This document shows positions 25,586 to 33,462 of a DNA stretch of 61,035 nt, in pieces. Position 1 is the first letter of the stretch, and each line of letters begins with the position of its first letter. Below the pieces are notes generated by a model, which made no database searches, was not told the DNA's origin, and was given only the letters and a program-made list of their open reading frames with translations. Source of the stretch: an uncultured Eubacteriales bacterium (GTDB taxonomy: Bacteria > Bacillota > Clostridia > Christensenellales > CAG-138); assembly GCA_902802805.1 (NCBI GenBank), contig CADCNE010000004.1:1-61035 (forward strand). Reading direction: 5' to 3'. The translations under genes were made by a program, and so were the position numbers.

Positions 25586-25609
25586 TTTATTGTCGGCAAG
25601 TCTTTCCTT

Positions 25610-25912
25610 TCAGGCTCCGTTTGGGTTGGCGATGACCGTCACCTTCAGCTCCACGTCGTTATCCGGCATGACGAACTGGTATTCCCCCGGCCGGACGAAC
25701 GTGCCGTCCACGCCGTTCACGTACAGCTCCGCGTCGGAGACCATGGAGGTCTCGACCGTCACCGTTTCACCGGTCCTGGCGGTCTTGGGGTACTTGTGGA
25801 CGAACTTCTCCCCCGAGATCACCGTGATGCGGTGACGGGAGCAGCCGAGAAGCGCCATGCACATCAGCAGCGCCAGCAGCAGCCCTGTCCAAACGATCAG
25901 CTTCCTCTTCAT
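25610..25912 (-). CDS. small lipoprotein, function unknown
   Basis: 100 aa. Signal peptide with an LLGC lipobox. No family recognised. Confidence 0.6.
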   Translation of the reverse strand: MKRKLIVWTGLLLALLMCMALLGCSRHRITVISGEKFVHKYPKTARTGETVTVETSMVSDAELYVNGVDGTFVRPGEYQFVMPDNDVELKVTVIANPNGA

Positions 25913-25942
25913 GGGTTTTCATCCTTTCCTTATCGTTGTATG

Positions 25943-27256
25943 CTACGGCTCCCAGTCCGTGATCTTCATCTTGGCCGTCAGCAGGCGGATCACGCTCTCG
26001 TTGAGCCGCGCCTCGGATATGGTGCCGCTCGCCACGGCGTCGGTGAGCCCCTTCAGGATGGACCGCTGGTAGGTGTGGTTGGCGCCGCAGAGGATGAGAT
26101 CGCCTCCCGCCAGGATGAACCGGACCGCCGCCTGCTCCAGGTTCGTTTTGGACCGGAGACCGTCCATGCGGAAGTCGTCGGACATGACGATGCCCTCGAA
26201 GCCCATATCGCCCCGGAGGAGGTCCGAGATGAGTATCTCGCTCTGAGAGGCGATGTAGTTCGGGTCGATCTCGGGATAGGAGATGTGGGCCACCATGACT
26301 CCGTCCACCCCCGCCGACACGGCCTGTCGGAAGGGGTAGAGCTCATACCCTTCCAGCTCCTCTAAGGTCTTTTTCACCACGGGCGTGGTGTTGTGGGAAT
26401 CGGCGGCGGTGGCGCCGTGGCCCGGGAAATGCTTGACGATGGACAAACACCCGCCGATCTGCAGACCCTCCACGCAGGCGCAGCCGATGCGGGCGACCAC
26501 CTGTTCATCGCTGCTGATGATGCGCTTGCCCAGGAAGGTCTTGGAAGGGCTTTTCGCCACGTCCAGCACCGGGGCCAGGTCCGTATTGATGCCCACGTCG
26601 CAGAGGGCAGTGGCGATGCGCTCAAACTGGAGCTGAGCCGCCTCGGTGTCGTTGTTGCTGCCCAGCACGTCGGCGGACTGGGTCTTGGTCCGCCAGCGGA
26701 AGCGAGTCACATAGCCCCCCTCCACGTCTGTGCTGATGAGCAGGGGGATATCGGTGGCGTTGTGGGCGCGGACGTCCGCCGTCAGCTTAGCGCAGCGATC
26801 GAAGCCCCCGTCCCCGTCGTCCCGGGAGATGTTGGCCCCGTAGAGGATCACGTTGCCGATGGCGTAGTCCGCCATGATCTTGGCGAATTCACTGGATACG
26901 GCCTTGGTGCCGGAGAAGCCGAACATGACCAGCTGCCCGATCTTCTCCTTATCCGTCATGCCCGCCACGTACCGTTGGAGCTTTGCCTCCACGGGCACAG
27001 GCGTGGCCGTGGGCTCCGGGGTGGGCTCGGGCGTGGGCGTCGGCACGGGCGTGGCCGTAGGCACGGCCGTGGGGACGATCGTGGGCACCGCGGTGAACAG
27101 GGGCGCGGCGGTGGCCGCCGGGGCGTCCGTGACGTGACCGGTGAGGTCGGCGGTTGGCTCCGCCGGGATATAGGCGATTTGGCCGCCTGAGGGGGTCCCT
27201 TCGCCGCAGCCGACGAGAAGGAGCATCAGGAGGCACAGGATAAACATTCGTTTCAT
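25943..27256 (-). CDS. glycoside hydrolase family 3 protein (beta-N-acetylhexosaminidase, NagZ-like) lipoprotein
   Basis: ORF trimmed to MKRMFILCLLMLLLVGCG. Has a Pro/Thr-rich linker. KHFPGHG and GH3 N-domain motifs. Confidence 0.88.
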   Translation of the reverse strand: MKRMFILCLLMLLLVGCGEGTPSGGQIAYIPAEPTADLTGHVTDAPAATAAPLFTAVPTIVPTAVPTATPVPTPTPEPTPEPTATPVPVEAKLQRYVAGMTDKEKIGQLVMFGFSGTKAVSSEFAKIMADYAIGNVILYGANISRDDGDGGFDRCAKLTADVRAHNATDIPLLISTDVEGGYVTRFRWRTKTQSADVLGSNNDTEAAQLQFERIATALCDVGINTDLAPVLDVAKSPSKTFLGKRIISSDEQVVARIGCACVEGLQIGGCLSIVKHFPGHGATAADSHNTTPVVKKTLEELEGYELYPFRQAVSAGVDGVMVAHISYPEIDPNYIASQSEILISDLLRGDMGFEGIVMSDDFRMDGLRSKTNLEQAAVRFILAGGDLILCGANHTYQRSILKGLTDAVASGTISEARLNESVIRLLTAKMKITDWEP

Positions 27257-27366
27257 GAGTGTACTATACCACATTCTTTCCCCGTTGACCACCGGAAAAT
27301 TACCCCTGTTGACGCAGGGAAAAAAGGGTGGTATGCTCTGTAAAATCTATGAGGGGGGGCAACGAC

Positions 27367-28164
27367 ATGAAGCCGCGTCTGCTGAAAGCCTTGGATGCCA
27401 TGAAGCGCTACAACGCCGGGGTCATGAGCCGGGAGTGCTTCGGCTTCGAGCCGGAGGTCCGCTACGACGCCCTGGTGGTGGCCCCGGGCTGGAAGCCGGA
27501 CAAGACCATCCTGGACCCCTCCTTCACCGTGACCCTGCTTTCCCAGCACGCCTATTTCTCCGGCTATCTGGTGGAGAAGGATGGCGTGAGGATCGCCTGG
27601 GCCCAGACGGCTTCGGGGGCCTGCAATGTGCTGGACCACATCTCTATCTGCGCGGAACTGCAGTTCAAAAAGCTGATCTTCGCCGGAGCCGCGGGCGGCC
27701 TTCGTGAGGACTTCCCCGTGGGCACCGTCTGCACGCCGGAGGTCTGCTTCCAGGGCAGCTACGCCGGGGTATATCTGCAGGACAGACTGGGGCCCTTCAC
27801 TCCCTTTGCGCCCGTCTATCCCCCGGACCGGGCCTATGTGGGTCAGGTGATCGAGCTCGGACGGCGGCTGGGCTATCCGATCCAACAGGGGAAGGTCTTC
27901 TGCACGGATTCCATCGCTTTTGAATACATCCATTTGGATGAGATCAGGGCCGCCGGCGCGGAGCTCATCGAGATGGAGACGGCCCTCTTCTACCAGCTGG
28001 CGGACCTGTTCGAGGTGCCCGCCGTGGCCCTGCTGGCGGTGTCGGACAACGCCGCCACCGGCGCGCCGCTGCTGGGGCGGGAGGAGCTGGGTATGGACTA
28101 CCGGCGGGCCCGGGGCTGGGCCATCCCGGACCTCATCTATCACATCGCCAAGGAGGAAAGCTGA
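27367..28164 (+). CDS. nucleoside phosphorylase-family (PNP_UDP_1) protein
   Basis: ORF trimmed to MKPRLL. Motifs AGAAGGL and ELIEMETALFYQLA are typical of the phosphorylase/nucleosidase superfamily. Confidence 0.7.
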   Translation: MKPRLLKALDAMKRYNAGVMSRECFGFEPEVRYDALVVAPGWKPDKTILDPSFTVTLLSQHAYFSGYLVEKDGVRIAWAQTASGACNVLDHISICAELQFKKLIFAGAAGGLREDFPVGTVCTPEVCFQGSYAGVYLQDRLGPFTPFAPVYPPDRAYVGQVIELGRRLGYPIQQGKVFCTDSIAFEYIHLDEIRAAGAELIEMETALFYQLADLFEVPAVALLAVSDNAATGAPLLGREELGMDYRRARGWAIPDLIYHIAKEES

Positions 28165-28165
28165 T

Positions 28166-28687
28166 ATGCTGCTGATCGAGCCCACCATGGAATACGCCAA
28201 GGATATCGAGGCTTATCGCCAGGAATTCCTGGACATGGGGAACTCCATGGATGGCTGCGGCTCCCTGCGCCGCTGTGCCACCGGGGCGGAATGGATCGAG
28301 AAGTCCCTGGCCGGCAAGGACCCTAAAAATGTGGAGCCCGGCCGGGTCCCGGCCACCCAGTACATCTATGTGCGGAAGGAGGACGGCCGGGTGGTGGGCA
28401 TGCTGCAGCTTCGGCACTGCTTCAACGAGTACCTGGAAAAGTACGCGGGCCACATCGGCTACAGCGTCCGCCCCAGCGAGCGCCGCAAGGGGTACGCCAC
28501 CGCCATGCTCCGGGACGCCCTGCCCTATTGCCGGGAGCTGGGCATCACCGATGTGCTCATCAGCTGTGTCGTGGGGAACGAGGGGAGCCGGAAGACCATC
28601 CTGAACAACGGCGGCGTCTACGAATCCACCATCCACGAGCCCGAGATCGGCCGGGACCTGGAGCGGTACTGGATACATCTTATTTAA
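28166..28687 (+). CDS. GNAT family N-acetyltransferase
   Basis: The ATG at 28166 follows an AGGAGGA RBS and lies 1 nt after the upstream stop. GHIGYSVRPSERRKGYATAML is an acetyl-CoA-binding-type motif. Confidence 0.8.
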   Translation: MLLIEPTMEYAKDIEAYRQEFLDMGNSMDGCGSLRRCATGAEWIEKSLAGKDPKNVEPGRVPATQYIYVRKEDGRVVGMLQLRHCFNEYLEKYAGHIGYSVRPSERRKGYATAMLRDALPYCRELGITDVLISCVVGNEGSRKTILNNGGVYESTIHEPEIGRDLERYWIHLI

Positions 28688-28693
28688 TTGTTC

Positions 28694-28757
28694 TTTTGCC
28701 GCTTTTTTCTCTTCAATGAAGAGAAGAAAAGCGGCGCAAAAAAGAGAAGCTTAAGAA
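28694..28757 (-). repeat. palindromic element, module C in inverted orientation
   Basis: ttttgccgcttttttctcttc-aatg-gaagagaagaaaagcggcgcaaaaaagagaagcttaagaa is the reverse complement of the module-C-plus-cttaag-leader layout. Confidence 0.8.
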
Positions 28758-28790
28758 TACAAAAACAGATTGCAGGCATGCTGTGATCCG

Positions 28791-28856
28791 TTTTTAAGTT
28801 TCTTTTTTTAGGCGACTTTTTCTCCTTTGTATAAAGAGAAAAAGTCGCAAAACAAA
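28791..28856 (+). repeat. palindromic element, module C (variant stem gcgac/gtcgc)
   Basis: tttttaagtttcttttttt + aggcgactttttctcctttgtataaagagaaaaagtcgc + aaaacaaaa. It faces the inverted copy at 28694..28757. Confidence 0.8.
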
Positions 28857-28860
28857 ACCT

Positions 28861-29388
28861 CTATTTCCCCTCTGTAAACGGGATGCTCAGCTTCTGCAGC
28901 AGGGCGCTGACCTCATCGTACACAGCCTTGATGGCGTGGTCGTCCAAAAGCTCCACGGTGGAGGAATCGGCCTTATAATCCTTGAGGAGGTTTTCTTCCA
29001 GTTGCGTGAGGTCCACCTCCCGGCCCTCGTAGAGGAGCTTGTCCTCCCGGACGGTGACGGTGAGGATGCCGTCATCCTGTTGTACCACGATCTCCTGGAC
29101 GGGGACCGTCTCCGGCTCCGTTCCCTGGACCGTCTCGACGGCCTCGGTCAGAGCCTCCCTGGCCGTCTCATAGCCTTCGGTCAGGGTCTCTTTGGCCGAT
29201 TCAGCGGTATCCACCACGGTCTCCTTGGCCGCCTGCAGGGCCTCCCCCGTCAGGAGGCCGCCCTCTGCCCGGCCGATGCCCAGGCCGAAGTGGCCCCCCG
29301 CCAGCAGCAGCGCCAGCAGGACCGCGCCGCCCGCCACCTTACCGCCGGTGTGGTTGTTCCGCCTGGAACTCCGCTTCTTGTTCGCCAT
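28861..29388 (-). CDS. membrane-anchored protein with a possible ExbD/TolR-like C-terminal domain
   Basis: 175 aa. Basic N-terminus, one TM segment with no Asp, and an Ala/Glu/Thr-rich spacer. The C-terminal ILTVTVREDKLLYEGREVDLTQLEENL..VELLDDHAIKAVYDEVSALLQKL resembles the ExbD periplasmic-domain pattern. Confidence 0.5.
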   Translation of the reverse strand: MANKKRSSRRNNHTGGKVAGGAVLLALLLAGGHFGLGIGRAEGGLLTGEALQAAKETVVDTAESAKETLTEGYETAREALTEAVETVQGTEPETVPVQEIVVQQDDGILTVTVREDKLLYEGREVDLTQLEENLLKDYKADSSTVELLDDHAIKAVYDEVSALLQKLSIPFTEGK

Positions 29389-29400
29389 ATGGGCACCTCC

Positions 29401-30003
29401 TTATGCTTCAAACAGGTCCATCTCCAGAACGGACAGGGGGATGTCCCGGGTCCGGGCCTCCTGCTTGATCTCCTGGATGATGGTCTCGATCATCTGATAC
29501 TCCGCGTGGTAGACGCGGGCCCGGTCGTACTGGAACACCAGGAACACCGCCTCCCGGTCCGTGTCCCGCAGCTGCTCCAGGAGGAGCCCCCGAAGCTTGT
29601 TCCGGGCGTAGGTGTCGTCCGCCCAATCGTAGGCGAGAGCGGCGAGCCCGTTCCCCTCCGTCTCCAGGCGGATATTGCCGCTCCTATCCACGCTGACAGT
29701 GAGCAACAGAGAGTTGTCGAGGACGATGTTCTCCGTCCACAGCTGCCGCTGGAGGGCATCCGCCCGCTCCGCCTGGGCATCCGCCCGGGCCGCTTCGGCG
29801 TCGATCTCAGCTTTGAGGGCGTCCTGTTCAGCGTAGGCTTCGATCAGCTCCGCCCTGACCTGCTCGGTGTTGCTTTCGGCGGCGGCCGCCGTATCCATGG
29901 CCTCGGCCGTGGTATTCTTGGCCTGCATAAGCAGAATGAAGAGCATGATGAGGATCACGTCCAGCAAAGACGTGAGCTCTATGAAGATCTGCCGCCGCTT
30001 CAC
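29401..30003 (-). CDS. ExbD/TolR-family-like protein with a coiled-coil insertion
   Basis: 200 aa. The TM segment IELTSLLDVILIMLFILL carries the conserved Asp. Followed by a ~60-aa Ala/Glu-rich coiled coil and then AVFLVFQYDRARVYHAEYQMIETIIQEI. 4-nt overlap with the upstream gene. Confidence 0.6.
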   Translation of the reverse strand: MKRRQIFIELTSLLDVILIMLFILLMQAKNTTAEAMDTAAAAESNTEQVRAELIEAYAEQDALKAEIDAEAARADAQAERADALQRQLWTENIVLDNSLLLTVSVDRSGNIRLETEGNGLAALAYDWADDTYARNKLRGLLLEQLRDTDREAVFLVFQYDRARVYHAEYQMIETIIQEIKQEARTRDIPLSVLEMDLFEA

Positions 30004-30509
30004 CCTTCCCGGCCCTCACGCAGGAGCTCCCGCCGCTCCAGCAGCAGGTCCACGGCCTTGTCGTTGTCCTCCATGCGGGAGGAGAGGAAGCCGTCCAGGA
30101 GCTTGAAGATGATGGCGAACACCAGCCCCCAGAAGGTGGAAGTGAGGGCGGCGAAGAAGTTGGTCTGCATGTCGGCGAGCTCGGAGACCATAGGCAGCAG
30201 GGATACCACCGTGCCGAGGATGCCCAGCAGCGGGAAGATGGAAGTCACGTTCACGAACACGGAATAGAGGCTCTCGGACCGCTTGCGCATGGCCAGCACC
30301 CGCTCCTCGTCGATGTCACGGATGGCTCGGGAGACGCTCTCCGGGTCCCGCCGCCGGGAGGGGATGAAAACCATCATGTGGAGCTTGCGATAGAGCCTAT
30401 CGGCGTTCCGCCGGGCGAGGCAGTAGCACGCCAGGTTCAGGGCCGCGGCCACGAAGATGATGAGGTCGAACCCCAGCAGATTTTGAGCGATCACCTGAAA
30501 CACGGACAT
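30000..30509 (-). CDS. MotA/TolQ/ExbB proton-channel family protein (short form)
   Basis: 169 aa. FPLLGILGTVVSL and ALTSTFWGLVFAIIFKLL match the MotA_ExbB core helices. Confidence 0.75.
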   Translation of the reverse strand: MSVFQVIAQNLLGFDLIIFVAAALNLACYCLARRNADRLYRKLHMMVFIPSRRRDPESVSRAIRDIDEERVLAMRKRSESLYSVFVNVTSIFPLLGILGTVVSLLPMVSELADMQTNFFAALTSTFWGLVFAIIFKLLDGFLSSRMEDNDKAVDLLLERRELLREGREG

Positions 30510-30530
30510 ATCTCTTTCCTCCCGTGTATC

Positions 30531-30559
30531 AGTATACAGAATATGGCTAAATATGGCAA
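30531..30559 (-). promoter_or_regulatory. SigA-type promoter of the ExbB/ExbD-like operon
   Basis: On the minus strand: TTGCCA (30559-30554), 17 nt spacer, TATACT (30536-30531). A GGGAGGAAAG RBS precedes the ATG at 30509. Confidence 0.6.
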
Positions 30560-30568
30560 TTTAACTTT

Positions 30569-31054
30569 TTATGACGTCTGCACGAGGGCCGAGAGGGCTG
30601 TGAATTCCCTGAGGTACATGCCCCGGCGCATCTCGTCTGTGGCGGCGTAGTCGGCGTGGCGGGAGAAGATGGCCAGCGCCTCCTCTACGGGGAGCCAGCG
30701 GGGCTCCATGCCCACGGCCCGCTCCCGGTCCGTCAGATGCCGCTCGCAGCGGCCCGTGACGGTGCCGAAGAAATACCGGTCCACGTATCGGTGATCCTCG
30801 TAGTATTCGTCCAGCTCCAACATGCAGGGGGAGGGCTCGATGATATACCCCGTCTCTTCCGCAACTTCCCGGACGCAGCAGGCGGCTTCGTCCTCCCCCG
30901 GCTCGAGGCCGCCGCCGGGGATCATCCACTGGTCCGTGACGGTCTCATAGGAGAGGAGAATATGGCCGTCCCGGATCACGATAGCCCGGCAGCCCGTGCG
31001 CTGCTCGGTCCAGCGGCCAAAATAGTTGACGCCCACGATCTCCAACGTCTTCAT
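30569..31054 (-). CDS. NUDIX hydrolase
   Basis: 161 aa. The Nudix box is GGGLEPGEDEAACCVREVAEETGY. Confidence 0.9.
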   Translation of the reverse strand: MKTLEIVGVNYFGRWTEQRTGCRAIVIRDGHILLSYETVTDQWMIPGGGLEPGEDEAACCVREVAEETGYIIEPSPCMLELDEYYEDHRYVDRYFFGTVTGRCERHLTDRERAVGMEPRWLPVEEALAIFSRHADYAATDEMRRGMYLREFTALSALVQTS

Positions 31055-31869
31055 GCGCGACCCTCCTCCGGGCGATAGCCCTCGAAGATGACGGCGTGGT
31101 TCTCCTTCATGCGCCGGGCGTGCTGTTCGGGCTCCCGGGCGGTCCAGAGGACCTTCATGGCGCCCATCCCTTCCGACACGCGAACGGAGAGGGGCTTGGG
31201 GCCCACCCGATAGGCGATGAACTGGGGCCGGGTGAGAAAGTTGGTGAGCAGGCGGCTCATCATGAAGGCGAGGGGCAGGGACAGGTGCTTCTTTGAGAAG
31301 CAGGCGGCCTCGGAGAGCTGGCCCCGGAGGCGCTTCGGGTCGTGCTTCCAGAACCAGCGGACCATGGCAGGGTGGAAGCTCTCCACACAGGCCGGGCCCG
31401 GATAGGCGTCCAGCATTTGACGGGTGGCCTCACAGAGAAGGTCCGTGTCGGGGCCGTATTTCAGCTCCACGATCAGGGGCTGCTTGCCATTGAATATGCG
31501 CAGCACGTCGGAAAACAGGGGGATGCGCTCCAGCGTCCCGAAGAGGGGGAACTGCTGCAATTCCGCATATGTGAAATCCCGAATGGCCTTATCGACGCCG
31601 CAGGCCCGCTGCATGCTGTCGTCGTGGAAGACCACGATCTGCCCGTCCTTCGTGCGCTGCACGTCCAGCTCCGCCCCATAGCCGTTCTCCACCGCTCTTT
31701 GGAAGGCGGGCAGGGAGTTTTCGGGTATGGATTGGTCCAGTTCATAGAGGCCCCGATGAGCGAAGGCCCGGCCCTCGAAGGGGGCCCGCGCCGCCCGGGA
31801 GGAGCGCCGGGGGGCGATCAGAAACAGCCACATCCCTAAAAGAACTGTCAGCAGGATGATCCAGCCCAT
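31051..31869 (-). CDS. glycerophosphodiester phosphodiesterase family protein, N-terminally membrane-anchored
   Basis: 272 aa. FAHRGL..ENSLPAF..GAELDVQRTKDGQIVVFHD are GDPD motifs. Confidence 0.88.
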   Translation of the reverse strand: MGWIILLTVLLGMWLFLIAPRRSSRAARAPFEGRAFAHRGLYELDQSIPENSLPAFQRAVENGYGAELDVQRTKDGQIVVFHDDSMQRACGVDKAIRDFTYAELQQFPLFGTLERIPLFSDVLRIFNGKQPLIVELKYGPDTDLLCEATRQMLDAYPGPACVESFHPAMVRWFWKHDPKRLRGQLSEAACFSKKHLSLPLAFMMSRLLTNFLTRPQFIAYRVGPKPLSVRVSEGMGAMKVLWTAREPEQHARRMKENHAVIFEGYRPEEGRA

Positions 31870-31882
31870 GTGCGCCCCCTGC

Positions 31883-32710
31883 TCAGTCCGCGAAGAACAG
31901 ATTGTCGAAATAGTCCAGAGCGTCCCGGCCGTCGATCAGGAAGGGCCAGCCGTGCTCCCCCACGGTGCAGGCGATCAGGGCTCGGGTGCCGTCCGGCAGG
32001 CAGACCTCCGTGAGCCGGTCGTCGTCCCGGAAGCCCAGCCGGTACACATAAGTGTCCGCAGGGATCACGGTCGGCTGCCCATCCACGGTGCAGGGCACGG
32101 GCAGGGCGGCGTGCAGCAGGACGCCGACGTCTATGAGGGCCTCCCGATCCTCCTCCATCTCCTCCGACGTGGGGATATAGCTCATGATGAGCCAGTCGCT
32201 GTCCGGGAGAAGCCCGTCCCCGCTGTAGGTCCGCTTGCCGAAGCTGGTGCCCAAAAAGTCCGTACGCTGGTGGAACCACAGGCCACCGTCCACCCACTCC
32301 CATCCACCTTCAACGACCGGACCCCTGACCAGCTGCCCCTGCTCCGGGTGCAGCTCTACGGTCACATAGCTGTCGGAGCCATAGTCCATGGTCACCAGCA
32401 GGTTATAAAAGGGGCTTTCCGCATCCAGGTCCAGGGCTGCCGCCGCCACCAGATCGTCCCCCTCCTCCAGAACGACCGTGCTCTCTCCCCAGGTGATGGC
32501 CGTGGTCCATTCGTCCCGATCCAGAGTGAAGGAGACGGGCTCCTCGACGCCGTTTTGGTCCAGGTCCGCCCAGAACATGACCGCGGAGGTCAGATGCTCC
32601 CAGTCGGGCTGATCGTAGAAGGAATACGTCTGGAGGAGGCTCTGGGCCTGAGGCGCGGGGGTCGCCGCCGACAACAGGAGCGACAGCAACAGAAGGAAGA
32701 TTCGTTTCAT
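31883..32710 (-). CDS. secreted hypothetical protein
   Basis: ORF trimmed to the ATG at 32710 (MKRIFLLLLSLLLSAATPAPQA signal peptide). No family recognised. Confidence 0.6.
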   Translation of the reverse strand: MKRIFLLLLSLLLSAATPAPQAQSLLQTYSFYDQPDWEHLTSAVMFWADLDQNGVEEPVSFTLDRDEWTTAITWGESTVVLEEGDDLVAAAALDLDAESPFYNLLVTMDYGSDSYVTVELHPEQGQLVRGPVVEGGWEWVDGGLWFHQRTDFLGTSFGKRTYSGDGLLPDSDWLIMSYIPTSEEMEEDREALIDVGVLLHAALPVPCTVDGQPTVIPADTYVYRLGFRDDDRLTEVCLPDGTRALIACTVGEHGWPFLIDGRDALDYFDNLFFAD

Positions 32711-32849
32711 GGGCACCTCCGGAGAAAGGTTGGATACTTATCATACTATAGCAAACGGGGCCGACGCGCAAGGGATGATTTGACCCGGACCATTGAAAGG
32801 CCGGGGCGGCTGTGGTATACTGCACCCAACAAGCGAAGGGAGTTTTTTC

Positions 32850-33347
32850 ATGAGGAGCATCTATCTGGCCGGCGGCTGTTTCTGGGGCATGCAGAAGTTT
32901 TTCGATCAGTTCGAGGGGGTGCTTTCCACCGAGGTGGGCTACGCCAACGGCCCCGACCGGGCCCCCACCTATCAGGAGGTGTGCCGCAACAGCGGCCACG
33001 CCGAGACGGTCCGCATCGACTACGACGAGGGGAAGCTTTCCCTCGATAAGCTGCTGGAGCTCTACTTCCTGGTCATCGACCCCCTGTCCGTCAACAAACA
33101 AGGGGGTGACGAGGGCATCCAATACCGCACGGGGGTCTACTACACAAACCCCGACCAGCTGCCCATGATTCAGGCGGCCTATGAAAAGGAAGCGGCCAAG
33201 GTCGGTTCGCCTTTGGCTGTGGAGCTGCTGCCCCTCACAAACTTCTTCCCCGCGGAGGAGTACCACCAGAAGTACCTGGACAAGAATCCGGGGGGCTACT
33301 GCCACATCCCGCAGAGGATGATGCATCTCGATCAGGGGAAGGATTGA
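32850..33347 (+). CDS. msrA: peptide-methionine (S)-S-oxide reductase
   Basis: ORF trimmed to MRSIYLAGGCFWGMQKFF (GCFW active site). GAAGGGAG RBS upstream. Confidence 0.93.
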   Translation: MRSIYLAGGCFWGMQKFFDQFEGVLSTEVGYANGPDRAPTYQEVCRNSGHAETVRIDYDEGKLSLDKLLELYFLVIDPLSVNKQGGDEGIQYRTGVYYTNPDQLPMIQAAYEKEAAKVGSPLAVELLPLTNFFPAEEYHQKYLDKNPGGYCHIPQRMMHLDQGKD

Positions 33348-33365
33348 ATATAAAAAACGTAAAAA

Positions 33366-33395
33366 AAGGCTGTGTTTGTGCACAGCCTTCTTTTT
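33366..33395 (+). terminator. rho-independent terminator after msrA
   Basis: aaggctgtg-tttgtg-cacagcctt stem followed by cttttt. Confidence 0.75.
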
Positions 33396-33458
33396 CTTCT
33401 TAAGTTTCTCTTTTTGAGCGACTATTTCTTCTTTATCCAAAGAGAAAAAGCCGCAAAA
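33396..33458 (+). repeat. palindromic element, degenerate module C
   Basis: cttcttaagtttctcttttt + gagcgactatttcttcttt..aaagagaaaaagccgc + aaaa. The stem has several mismatches. Confidence 0.65.
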
Positions 33459-33462
33459 TAAA

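Noticed and set aside
28861-30509. Calling the MotA-like cluster a flagellar stator or a canonical Tol-Pal/TonB system
   Set aside because: There is no MotB-type OmpA/peptidoglycan-binding domain and no TonB, TolA, TolB or Pal gene. No flagellar genes are adjacent, and the MotA-like protein is much shorter than flagellar MotA. I kept it as an unassigned ExbB/ExbD-like module.
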